Part shown: positions 19,837-27,635 of the stretch, in pieces
Layout of the letters: each line of letters starts with the position of its first letter
How positions within the stretch are numbered: position 1 is the stretch's first letter
IMG/VR virus record: IMGVR_UViG_2734482565_000012
Direction: 5' to 3' (one strand)
Source: a virus
Lineage: Duplodnaviria > Heunggongvirae > Uroviricota > Caudoviricetes
Length of the DNA: 40,525 bases
The notes under the pieces: model-generated
What the model was told of the DNA's origin: nothing
What the model saw: only the letters and a program-made list of their open reading frames with translations
The model's database searches: none
Position numbers and translations under genes: made by a program

Positions 19837-19973
19837 ATCTAAATATTCTTTCAATTATAACCACCTTGCTGCAATATTATGATTATACTGTATAAAATTT
19901 AACTCCTCTTAGATCTTACTTCACTGTTCCTTATGAAACAATCATCAAAATGAATCATATTGTAGTTAAGATT

Positions 19974-20438
19974 TTACTTTAAACACTGCTCGGTTATGTA
20001 TTGCTGAGCACCTTCAAGTTGGGCCTGCATCATTACCAGTCGTTCCCGGAGGGTGAAATAATCCCGTTCAGCGGTGTCTGCCAGTCGGGGGGAGGCTGCA
20101 TTATCCACGCCGGAGGCGGTGGTGGCTTCACGCACTGACTGACAGACTGCTTTGATGTGCAACCGACGACGACCAGCGGCAACATCATCACGCAGAGCAT
20201 CATTTTCAGCTTTCGCATCAGCTAACTCCTTCGTGTATTTTGCATCGAGCGCAGCAACATCACGCTGACGCATCTGCATGTCAGTAATTGCCGCGTTCGC
20301 CAGCTTCAGTTCTCTGGCATTTTTGTCGCGCTGGGCTTTGTAGGTAATGGCGTTATCACGGTAATGATTAACAGCCCATGACAGGCAGACGATGATGCAG
20401 ATAACCAGAGCGGAGATAATCGCGGTTACTCTGTTCAT
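19974..20438 (-). CDS. rzpR: i-spanin Rz
   Basis: N-terminal TM ([18 protein letters not shown]) followed by coiled-coil; immediately after the endolysin gene; start placed at MNRVTAII. Confidence 0.8.
   Translation of the reverse strand: MNRVTAIISALVICIIVCLSWAVNHYRDNAITYKAQRDKNARELKLANAAITDMQMRQRDVAALDAKYTKELADAKAENDALRDDVAAGRRRLHIKAVCQSVREATTASGVDNAASPRLADTAERDYFTLRERLVMMQAQLEGAQQYITEQCLK
20033..20218 (-). CDS. rzoR: o-spanin Rz1, embedded in Rz in the +1 frame
   Basis: 61 aa; lipobox LVVVGC; proline-rich ([15 protein letters not shown]); fully nested within Rz. Confidence 0.75.
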   Translation of the reverse strand: MRKLKMMLCVMMLPLVVVGCTSKQSVSQCVKPPPPPAWIMQPPPDWQTPLNGIISPSGNDW

Positions 20439-20932
20439 TGCTGACCCCACAAACAGATTTCACGCTCAATCTCACGACGAGTCATGAGACCTTTCCATTG
20501 CTTACCGCCAGCATATGTCCAGCGACGTAGCTGATCACATGCGCCTTTGATATCGCCCTGGTTTATTTTGCGAAGAAGCGTCGATGTTCTGAAATTGCCA
20601 GCGCCCACGTTGTAAACGAACGAGTAAAGAGCGCCGCGCGTTGTTTCCGGTATATCGACTTTGATGTACGGGTTAATTTGTCTGGCGACAGTGGCAAGGT
20701 CTTTATTCAAGAGTGTTTTGCATTCTGCTTTGGTATACGTTTTACCGAGCATGATGTCTTTTCCTGTATGCCCGTGACATACAGTCCATACACCAACAAT
20801 ATCTTTGTATGGTATGTAGCTGACACCTTCCAGACCATCGTTACCACTTGGGCCAGTGATTAACACTGATGCTATAGCAATTGCTCCGCCACCAATAGCA
20901 GCAGCAACGACTTTTCGTAATGATGGAGGCAT
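20435..20932 (-). CDS. SAR endolysin (lysozyme R, phage 21 type)
   Basis: 165 aa; N-terminal SAR segment [21 protein letters not shown] followed by catalytic region [21 protein letters not shown]; near-identical to P21 R as recalled. Confidence 0.88.
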   Translation of the reverse strand: MPPSLRKVVAAAIGGGAIAIASVLITGPSGNDGLEGVSYIPYKDIVGVWTVCHGHTGKDIMLGKTYTKAECKTLLNKDLATVARQINPYIKVDIPETTRGALYSFVYNVGAGNFRTSTLLRKINQGDIKGACDQLRRWTYAGGKQWKGLMTRREIEREICLWGQQ

Positions 20933-21147
20933 TATTCACCTCTCGCAGCCTTGCGCTTATCTTCTTTAATCTTGAAATAAAGGTTTGTCAGGTACGTCAG
21001 CAGGCCAAATACCAGACTACCCAGCACACCGATTGCAGCCCACTGTGACGGAGTTACTCTATCGAGCAACTGTAAAAACCAGTAGCCAGCACTGCCTGCG
21101 GAGGTGCCGTAGGCAATGCCTGTTGAAATTTTGTCCATGGATTTCAT
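20932..21147 (-). CDS. pinholin (S21-type, dual-start motif MKSM)
   Basis: 71 aa from [25 protein letters not shown].. with GGAGGTGAGG SD upstream; two TM segments; highly basic C-terminus; stop abuts the endolysin start. Confidence 0.85.
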   Translation of the reverse strand: MKSMDKISTGIAYGTSAGSAGYWFLQLLDRVTPSQWAAIGVLGSLVFGLLTYLTNLYFKIKEDKRKAARGE

Positions 21148-21249
21148 AGCCTCACCTCCGCACGGAACGGATGGCATAGTTATTATGTGTAGGCTTTCAG
21201 ACACATCAATCAGAGCCTTAATTGATATATATGCTGGAGACGATGCAAT

Positions 21250-21273
21250 ATAAAAAGCTCGCCGTAGCGAGCT
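21250..21273 (-). terminator. intrinsic terminator-like hairpin between lipoprotein genes and lysis cassette
   Basis: agctcgc-cgta-gcgagct stem (plus 21256-21273); on the minus strand it is followed by UUUUUA. Confidence 0.4.
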
Positions 21274-21398
21274 AATAAAATGTATTTCTCTGATATTATG
21301 TTTATTTGTATTAGCTCAGACTTGACATCACAGGTTTCGTATATAGAACATCATCAAATCTGTCAGTTTGCTATGAATGAGATATAGTAATTGAAGAG

Positions 21399-21794
21399 CT
21401 AACCTCGCATGTCAAAGCCAGATTTCTGAAAATCTCTGTAGACTTCCGGATTGTTGAAGGCCGGAAATTTGGCTTTATGAGCTGCGGACTTTATCGCTTC
21501 GCAATAGGCTTTATCACCGTTACTGGTAGATATTTTTAACGCCGTGCCATCCTGAGAGAATTCCATATGCAACCTGCATTTTTTCCCTTTCCAGTTATGC
21601 GGCTCATCAAGTTTGGCATTAATTGCAGCTCTGATTCCCCGCGCTTGCGCCCCCCATTCATCCTGATCATCCCAGCGTCCTGAACTGCAACTACCTGTAG
21701 CAGTAGTTTTGTGGCAATCTGAAGGGTGTAAAGGTGTGCATCCCGCAACAAAACCGACCCAAAAAGTCAACATAACGATTTTCTTTAATCCCAC
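21399..21794 (-). CDS. lipoprotein with TolA C-terminal (domain III)-like domain, paralog 1
   Basis: 131 aa; signal peptide plus lipobox FVAGC, +2 Thr; C-terminal ..KGKKCRLHMEFSQDGTALKISTSNGDKAYCEAIKSAAHKAKFPAFNNPEVYRDFQ.. matches the TolA C-terminal pattern. Confidence 0.7.
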   Translation of the reverse strand: MGLKKIVMLTFWVGFVAGCTPLHPSDCHKTTATGSCSSGRWDDQDEWGAQARGIRAAINAKLDEPHNWKGKKCRLHMEFSQDGTALKISTSNGDKAYCEAIKSAAHKAKFPAFNNPEVYRDFQKSGFDMRG

Positions 21795-21944
21795 TTCTTG
21801 CTCCTCAATCCATTAAAATCTCAGCAATAGTAGTTGTTACGTCCGCCACTGGCTCAGAGCTGACTATCCGCTAAATTTAGCTCAGTGCCGTAGCTGTGTC
21901 AGAACAAACCTAAGCCGAAACCGTTTATTACAAAACAATAAATA

Positions 21945-22373
21945 TCAGGGTTTAAAATCCAGCACCCCATTTTGAAATACTTTATATACTTCCGGCGAAG
22001 GGGGGGCAGGTATATCAGCATTCTTTATCGCATTCATCGCTTCACGACATAAATCGAGGTCTCCACTTTCTCTTTTAACCTCCAGTAGAAGGCCATTCGG
22101 GGCCATATGCATTCTCAGTGTACACTCTTTTCCTGAATACTTACTCGCATCCCCGAACTGTTTTTCGATGGCGCTCTTGATTTGATGGGCATACAGACGG
22201 ATATCCTCACTAACATCAGAAGTACGTTCAGATGAACTCACATACTGTGTCTCTATTGCTTTATCGGAGTAATATGATGTACGGTCATGATAATTTGTCG
22301 ATACAGCATCAGTGCACCCGATAATAATCCCACTAATAATCAACGTAAGAATTGATGCGCTACGAAAACCCAT
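21945..22373 (-). CDS. lipoprotein with TolA C-terminal (domain III)-like domain, paralog 2
   Basis: 142 aa; lipobox IIIGC, +2 Thr; C-terminal ..YAHQIKSAIEKQFGDASKYSGKECTLRMHMAPNGLLLEVKRESGDLDLCREAMNAIKNADIPAPPSPEVYKVFQNGVLDFKP closely parallels the E. coli TolA C-terminus as recalled (..AGQIKSAIESKFYDASSYAGKTCTLRIKLAPDGMLLDIKPEGGDPALC..VYEVFKNAPLDFKP). Confidence 0.75.
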   Translation of the reverse strand: MGFRSASILTLIISGIIIGCTDAVSTNYHDRTSYYSDKAIETQYVSSSERTSDVSEDIRLYAHQIKSAIEKQFGDASKYSGKECTLRMHMAPNGLLLEVKRESGDLDLCREAMNAIKNADIPAPPSPEVYKVFQNGVLDFKP

Positions 22374-22537
22374 TTTTCCTCACATATGTCATATAGTAAA
22401 GGATTATATATACCGTTGTTTTGGACGCTCAAACAGCGAATCAGATCAAATAAAACGCACATTTGTTAACATTTACACAAAGTCTGCGTGGGATATTCTG
22501 AAAGAATATCCATAATGTGGAGAGAATCTATTGAAGT

Positions 22538-22640
22538 GCATGGTGCCGGGTGCCTCCCGGTGAACAAAATGTTCGTGATACCTGTCGGCGACAGAAAAGG
22601 TTAATGGTATCACCCCACCGCACAGGGGGATTCACCATGC
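22538..22640. repeat. dense cluster of nested inverted repeats in the leader of the late operon
   Basis: gcatggtg(22538)...caccatgc(22640) outer arms; ccggg-tgcct-cccgg; gaaca-aaa-tgttc; gtgatacc...ggtatcac enclosing palindrome ctgtcgGcgacag. Confidence 0.4.
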
Positions 22641-22960
22641 AGGAGTTTTCTTAGCAAACTCACTGCGCGCCCGGCAACTCCCAACCACATAAAATGCGGA
22701 GTTTGTGGCATTTATGCATATAACTCGCAGGAATTATCTTAAAAAACTGATGTCGATCCGGATTAAAAAGAAGCAGGTCATCATCAGATGACTGGAAAAA
22801 AGGAAAACAAAAAATACTCATCATACAGTTTTGATTGCAGGGATGAGCCTGCTATGCACAATATGCAGAATATAAGCAAGATAAAAATATGCAGGCATAT
22901 TATTTCGGATCTTGTTATTAACACAACCTTTTTAATAATCATTTGGCATACAATAAACCA

Positions 22961-22990
22961 GCCCAAAAAGAACCGCCTAAACAGGCGGTT
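22961..22990 (-). terminator. intrinsic terminator-like hairpin in the Q to late-operon interval
   Basis: aaccgcc-taaaca-ggcggtt stem; on the minus strand it is followed by UCUUUUUGGG. Confidence 0.4.
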
Positions 22991-23310
22991 GGTCAATACA
23001 AAGGATGCTTCGTCTTTATTATAGTAATCTGAGGCGTCGGGTGTCTTGTATCAGACAACATATTGTCCCGCTAAACAGCGAATTACAAACCACCCTGCAA
23101 TGATCTCTCATCTCATTTTATATGAGTTGACGACATCAGGATAACGCATCATCAGCCCCTGCCAAGAAATATCAAAACTCCCGCCAGCAATGTGTTATCA
23201 CAATATTGTAAAAAAAACACAGCACCGAAACTATAACTGGTCTCTGTTATAATTTGGAGCAGAAAGACCAGTTGCCCAACTAGCAGCATTCTCCCCTGCT
23301 TTCCTGACGT

Positions 23311-23337
23311 AAAAAAACCGCATTAAGCGGTTTTTTT
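23311..23337. terminator. bidirectional intrinsic terminator-like hairpin just downstream of the Q-like gene
   Basis: aaaaaaa-ccgc-attaa-gcgg-ttttttt: perfect stem flanked by an A-run and a T-run, so terminator-competent on both strands. Confidence 0.55.
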
Positions 23338-23417
23338 ACGATGTCCATGTCTGCAATCCGCCTCGCGATACAGCTTTGCGAAGCATAGCAAAATTGAAGC
23401 AGTTTATACGTAAGAAA

Positions 23418-23960
23418 TCAAGCCATTTTCTCAGCAAATGATTCACGCATGGGAATATATAGGGCATACTCAGCAACAGCTAACCAATTAGCAATCCGTT
23501 TTTCGCATGTGCTAAAACACCACTCTGGGTGTGCATCATTTAGCAATTCAGCCATTTTGCGCTTAGTCATCCCCCGCCCTTCATAGCGTTGCCGGAGAAT
23601 GCAAATCAATCCTGGATGCTCTGCCAGCACCTCACTTATGACTCGATCAATACATAACGCCTCTGCATCAGTACAATGCGCCAGCCAGCTCTTTTGCTTG
23701 CCGTTGATCATCTCTCGCAAAAACGCTTCCAGCTCAGCTTTCTCTATTCCCGCTTTTTTCATTCTGCGCAGGGCTTCATTAATGGCTGTTTTCGTCAGTT
23801 TTTTGGATGCCAACAACTGATTGAACATATTCCCTGACCTGCCACCGCCAATATACGACCAGCGCCCCCACATACGTAGTTTTCCCTGAATCCAGACACT
23901 TTCCAGCGTGGTGAGGCGAAGGTGTTCTCCGCTTTTTCCTGTATTCGTTGGGTAAATCAT
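23418..23960 (-). CDS. putative late antiterminator (Q-like)
   Basis: 180 aa; last gene before the terminator-rich interval preceding the lysis genes; basic protein with Cys/His residues. Called by position; family not verified. Confidence 0.45.
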   Translation of the reverse strand: MIYPTNTGKSGEHLRLTTLESVWIQGKLRMWGRWSYIGGGRSGNMFNQLLASKKLTKTAINEALRRMKKAGIEKAELEAFLREMINGKQKSWLAHCTDAEALCIDRVISEVLAEHPGLICILRQRYEGRGMTKRKMAELLNDAHPEWCFSTCEKRIANWLAVAEYALYIPMRESFAEKMA

Positions 23961-24247
23961 AAATGACCTTTCTTTCTCCAGATTTCTTGTGTGCGAAAAA
24001 CCCCTTCAGCATGCATCAGGCGCAATTCTTCTTTGGTGTAATCGCTGGTTTTTACCCGCCCGTCGATTAGATCGTGGCATGAGCTACAGGCTATCGCCGC
24101 CTGCATATCATGTGGTTTTGTCGCTGTTCCGCACGTCCCCGCCAGCCTGTAATGCGCCAGCACAGAGGTTTCGGGATTGTGATTGCAGTAGCCAGGGATT
24201 CTGATCTGGCACATCTGGCCTTTAGCCGCTTTACGTAAATTCACCAT
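23957..24247 (-). CDS. DUF1364-type nin-region protein (YbcO-like, Cys-rich putative metal-binding)
   Basis: 96 aa; CQIRIPGYCNHNPETSVLAH..TCGTATKP..IACSSCHDLIDGR matches the YbcO-like pattern of lambdoid prophages as recalled. Confidence 0.6.
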   Translation of the reverse strand: MVNLRKAAKGQMCQIRIPGYCNHNPETSVLAHYRLAGTCGTATKPHDMQAAIACSSCHDLIDGRVKTSDYTKEELRLMHAEGVFRTQEIWRKKGHL

Positions 24248-24846
24248 TACGCAAACTCCAGTAGTTGTGCGGCCACATTTTCAACTTCCTCCTGAGAGGA
24301 GAATTTACGGAACAGAATCCAGTTCCACAGCACATTCAGTACAGATTTATAAACCTGCTGAAACTCGACTTCGTCCATATTCGCAAAAGCGATGGATTTT
24401 GCCCGACGCCCACGGCTACCGTCCGGATAAATATGCTCGGTGTAAAATCCGGCCTGAATGGTTACCCACTCGCGGAAAGCCTCAAACGACTTTAGCAACG
24501 CCGTATCCCGGGTTCTACGAGTCGCAACGGTGTTAAGGTATTGCTCTGCGGCATCACTCAGGGCTGGCGTGTGTTCCCGACCAACTGATTCGCACAGGTA
24601 ATCAACGAAACCAGACAGCAGTTCTCGTTCGCGAGGCGTGATCGCCCCACCGACCGGAGTCCAGTAATCGAATCCCAGTTGCAGGAGTTTGAAAAAACGC
24701 TTGTGGAATGCGTAGTTACGCACACGCTTAAAGTCTGCGTGTATCCACTCACCTATTTTGATTTGATGCAGAAAATCGCAACTCTCCGGCGTCGCCGGGA
24801 GAAGTAAACCAGAAGAGGTTTGTTTGACCAGTTGTATATGCGCCAT
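24247..24846 (-). CDS. conserved lambdoid nin-region protein (DUF1367-like), function unknown
   Basis: 199 aa; stop overlaps the downstream start; family name from memory only. Confidence 0.45.
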   Translation of the reverse strand: MAHIQLVKQTSSGLLLPATPESCDFLHQIKIGEWIHADFKRVRNYAFHKRFFKLLQLGFDYWTPVGGAITPRERELLSGFVDYLCESVGREHTPALSDAAEQYLNTVATRRTRDTALLKSFEAFREWVTIQAGFYTEHIYPDGSRGRRAKSIAFANMDEVEFQQVYKSVLNVLWNWILFRKFSSQEEVENVAAQLLEFA

Positions 24847-25126
24847 TTCTCAATCTCTCGATGGCGCAGCGCAGCAGATGCCAGTTGTTCAGGCTGACGA
24901 ATAAAGTATAAATAAACTGGCTATGGTGTAAAGCCCCACATAGCATGAACAAACACTACATATCAAATAGCTGGTACAAGGATAGAAATACGACACTTAT
25001 TATTAAAAACGATTAGATAAATTACATTTTAATGTTATGCAAAAGTTCTTTTTTATCATAACATTTCAATAAAAGCATTACAGATGCAATCATCCCGTCA
25101 TCATCAATTATTTAAGGTGGTTAAAC

Positions 25127-25213
25127 ATGGAAAATAACAAGTTCGCACATCTCGCTCCTTTTTTATCCGTAATCCTTTTCGCTTGTTGTTTTATATGGGC
25201 ATTATTTTTATAA
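25127..25213 (+). CDS. 28-codon hydrophobic small ORF (candidate small membrane protein or type I toxin-like peptide)
   Basis: AAGGTGG SD 6 nt upstream of ATG; MENNKFAHLAPFLSVILFACCFIWALFL*; single predicted TM; sits in an approximately 800-bp AT-rich tract with no other ORFs. Confidence 0.3.
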   Translation: MENNKFAHLAPFLSVILFACCFIWALFL

Positions 25214-25604
25214 AGTAGCCACATGATAAGTTGCTGGAATCATATTTCCCACTCAAGTCATTAACATTTGATAAGATATATCTAAAAGGACGCCTTTACA
25301 TTATTTATGCGTATATAATTTATTTATATACACAGTAAAGGTATCCTGGGAAAATATTTATCGTTAAAAAATACATCATAAATAATTAAGCTGAAATTTC
25401 AGAACACAACTAATACACACAATAAGGTTCAGTAACAGTAATCTATGTGGACTACATCGAGATTTTTTGATTAAACTTTAATAACTTATTCCTAACACAC
25501 AGAATGCATAAACTAAAAGTAAAACAAATAGTTATACGAAAAACAACCATATTTATTCTATCTTCTCCTCTAATCAACATATCAATTATGTGTTTCATAA
25601 CAGC

Positions 25605-25644
25605 TTGACATAACCCTCCAAAAGATGCATTTTTAATGCATGTT
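25605..25644 (+). promoter_or_regulatory. candidate sigma70 -35 (TTGACA) plus NsrR-type operator upstream of the yeaR-like gene
   Basis: TTGACA at 25605-25610; AAGATGCATTT-T-TAATGCATGTT (25622-25644) is an imperfect 11-1-11 inverted repeat matching the NsrR box AAGATGCATTT-N-AAATGCATCTT as recalled. Confidence 0.4.
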
Positions 25645-25659
25645 TTGGAGGAGGTGGTT

Positions 25660-25998
25660 ATGACACACAAGAGAATTCCTAAAGATTGGGTAATCAAACG
25701 CTCAACTCCGTTCTTCACAAAAGAGAACGTACCTTCAGCGTTATTAACACATCATAATACAGCAGCAGGTGTTTTTGGGCAGTTGTGCGTAATGGAAGGC
25801 ACTGTAACATATTATGGTTTTACTGATGAGAATGCTACTGAACCGGAGATAAAAGTAGTCATTAATGCTGGCGCTTTTGCAACAAGCCCACCACAATACT
25901 GGCACCGTGTTGAACTAAGCGATGATGCTCAGTTTAATATTAACTTTTGGGTCGCTCCAGACTTTTCGGGCGAAAAAGTCTATAGCACCAAAAAATAG
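25660..25998 (+). CDS. YeaR-like protein (DUF1971)
   Basis: 112 aa from MTHKRIPKDW with GGAGGAGG SD; RSTPFFTKENVPSALL..HNTAAGVFGQLCVMEGTVTYYGF..EPE..INAGAFATSPPQYWHRVE..FNINFWVAP parallels E. coli YeaR as recalled. Confidence 0.8.
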   Translation: MTHKRIPKDWVIKRSTPFFTKENVPSALLTHHNTAAGVFGQLCVMEGTVTYYGFTDENATEPEIKVVINAGAFATSPPQYWHRVELSDDAQFNINFWVAPDFSGEKVYSTKK

Positions 25999-26027
25999 AT
26001 GATCATATTAAAAATGCTTTAACAGTC

Positions 26028-26065
26028 AGACCCGGCAGGGCTATCCCCGACGGGTCTCATTTTTG
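26028..26065 (+). terminator. intrinsic terminator after the yeaR-like gene
   Basis: agacccg...cgggtct stem followed by CAUUUUUG. Confidence 0.5.
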
Positions 26066-26618
26066 TAAATATATTGGTTCTACATTGACAGGAGACTTCA
26101 ACCATAAGAAGTAATCTGAATACTTGAGCAATAAATTTACTTAAGATTAATGAGCGCACCTTGCCGGACAAAGATAAACCAAGGTAACACCTTTTTTCTA
26201 GCCAGTATGTAATCAATCAGAAAGCCGCTCCATAAGAACAACAGCAAGACAATAAATTGCCATTACAGCCGCAATAGCCAGCGCACATTTGAGAACCAGC
26301 ACGACAACCCCCTGTATTAGACGCACACCAGTCCTGATAAATATGAGGCTGTCTCGTCAGTGATTCAATACAACTATTGGGTATAGTTTCTGTGATTTTA
26401 TTCTGTAGAAATGGAACACAACAACCAGTCACCACCAGCACTTCCTTAAATGCTCTAAGTCAGAAACAAGCCAACATTTTAGTCCGCTTTGAGCGATCTG
26501 CAGACATTGCTAGCAGCCTTCTGTGTGAATTCTCAGGGAGCAGGTCGGCATAGCATCACGTTGAGGCTCTTACCCTACTTGTTCACACCAACCCTAACTC
26601 CACAGACTGATTCATAAA

Positions 26619-27620
26619 TTAGTAATCTGCGTGTTTCGCACTTTTCAGAAATGCTTTCATATTTTCATTAGGTCGCTCAATTTCGAAGTTACTTCCATAT
26701 AACTCTTGTAATTTTGGCCATAACTTACTTAATAACCCTCTCCTGCGATAAAATGGATGTATCCAAACGGTAGATAGGTACGGAGAATTTGCATTTGAAT
26801 TGTTTATTGTGACCAGCCCAACTAAACATTGTCGATAACCACTATTATCCATTGATTGTATTTCTTCGACGAATGGATACGCGATTACATCAGTCCAACC
26901 ATGATCGGTTGTATCCCATTGCATTCCGTCATGACATTCCTTCGACTGATAGCGGCGTAAAGCTACACACGCGAGCTTTTGCCAATCTGGAGAATTAATT
27001 GTGATCTCTTCATCGTATGACGCGCCTATTGGAGCGGGTATTGGTCTGATTAATCCAGCATGGCATTCATCATAGAACTTCATGTTTCCCTCAGAAACGT
27101 TGTGTACGTTGGGTTGCTCCATGTGTGCGCCATTCAAAAATAGCTCTGATAGTAGTGTATCTACACTGTAATCTTTATTGATTATTGTCGGCTTAGAGTT
27201 TTTCTTATTAAGGCCGCGAGTAACGATTTTTTGATCAATGTTAACAACATGGAATAATCCGTCGGGGAGGCTAGCGAACCACGATGGGGCATCGGACCAG
27301 AATAGCATGCCTTTTGTACTTCTTAAGAGTTTAATTAAGTTAATACAAGCTTCTTCACTAGTCTTGCCGTTGATGCGAAGTATGTTAGGACTAAAGTAAT
27401 ATTCATCCATATCAGGGAATGCAGCTTCGCAAAACTCCTGTACATAATTTAGCACCTGGATTCTACAGAGATCATCATAGCTGGTAATAACTAAGGGGGT
27501 ATCTTCATTACTATTATGATTATCAATAATGCAATCTATAGCGAGACTTACTGCTTTGCGTATCACTTCAGTTGAATCTAACGACTCTAAAAATTTTGTC
27601 TTTCGTGTGCGAATATCCAT
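26619..27620 (-). CDS. hypothetical protein B of AT-rich two-gene cassette (C-terminal GNAT-like motif)
   Basis: 333 aa; start 15 nt after the stop of gene A; C-terminal ..GYRQCLVGLVTIN..YLSTVWIHPFYRRRGLLSKLWPKLQEL.. resembles GNAT motif A; AT-rich codon usage; no resemblance to core lambdoid genes. Confidence 0.65.
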   Translation of the reverse strand: MDIRTRKTKFLESLDSTEVIRKAVSLAIDCIIDNHNSNEDTPLVITSYDDLCRIQVLNYVQEFCEAAFPDMDEYYFSPNILRINGKTSEEACINLIKLLRSTKGMLFWSDAPSWFASLPDGLFHVVNIDQKIVTRGLNKKNSKPTIINKDYSVDTLLSELFLNGAHMEQPNVHNVSEGNMKFYDECHAGLIRPIPAPIGASYDEEITINSPDWQKLACVALRRYQSKECHDGMQWDTTDHGWTDVIAYPFVEEIQSMDNSGYRQCLVGLVTINNSNANSPYLSTVWIHPFYRRRGLLSKLWPKLQELYGSNFEIERPNENMKAFLKSAKHADY

Positions 27621-27635
27621 GTATGACCTGCGCTA

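Noticed and set aside
22784-23024. Overlapping 70-aa and 78-aa ORFs on opposite strands in the Q to late-operon spacer
   Set aside because: AT-rich region where hydrophobic ORFs arise by chance; they overlap a terminator-like hairpin and each other; no convincing SD. A small membrane protein cannot be fully excluded.
22374-23417. Possible tRNA gene in the Q to lysis interval, as seen in some Stx phages
   Set aside because: No GTTCRANYC T-loop-like motif or 7-bp acceptor pairing with a CCA-proximal end could be found on either strand; the inverted repeats there do not fold into a cloverleaf.
26019-26441. ORFs 26019..26216 and 26217..26441 (minus) downstream of the yeaR-like gene
   Set aside because: The first overlaps the yeaR-like terminator; the second is Cys/Gly-rich with no start context. 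The 26070-26620 interval is more likely non-coding or a decayed remnant.
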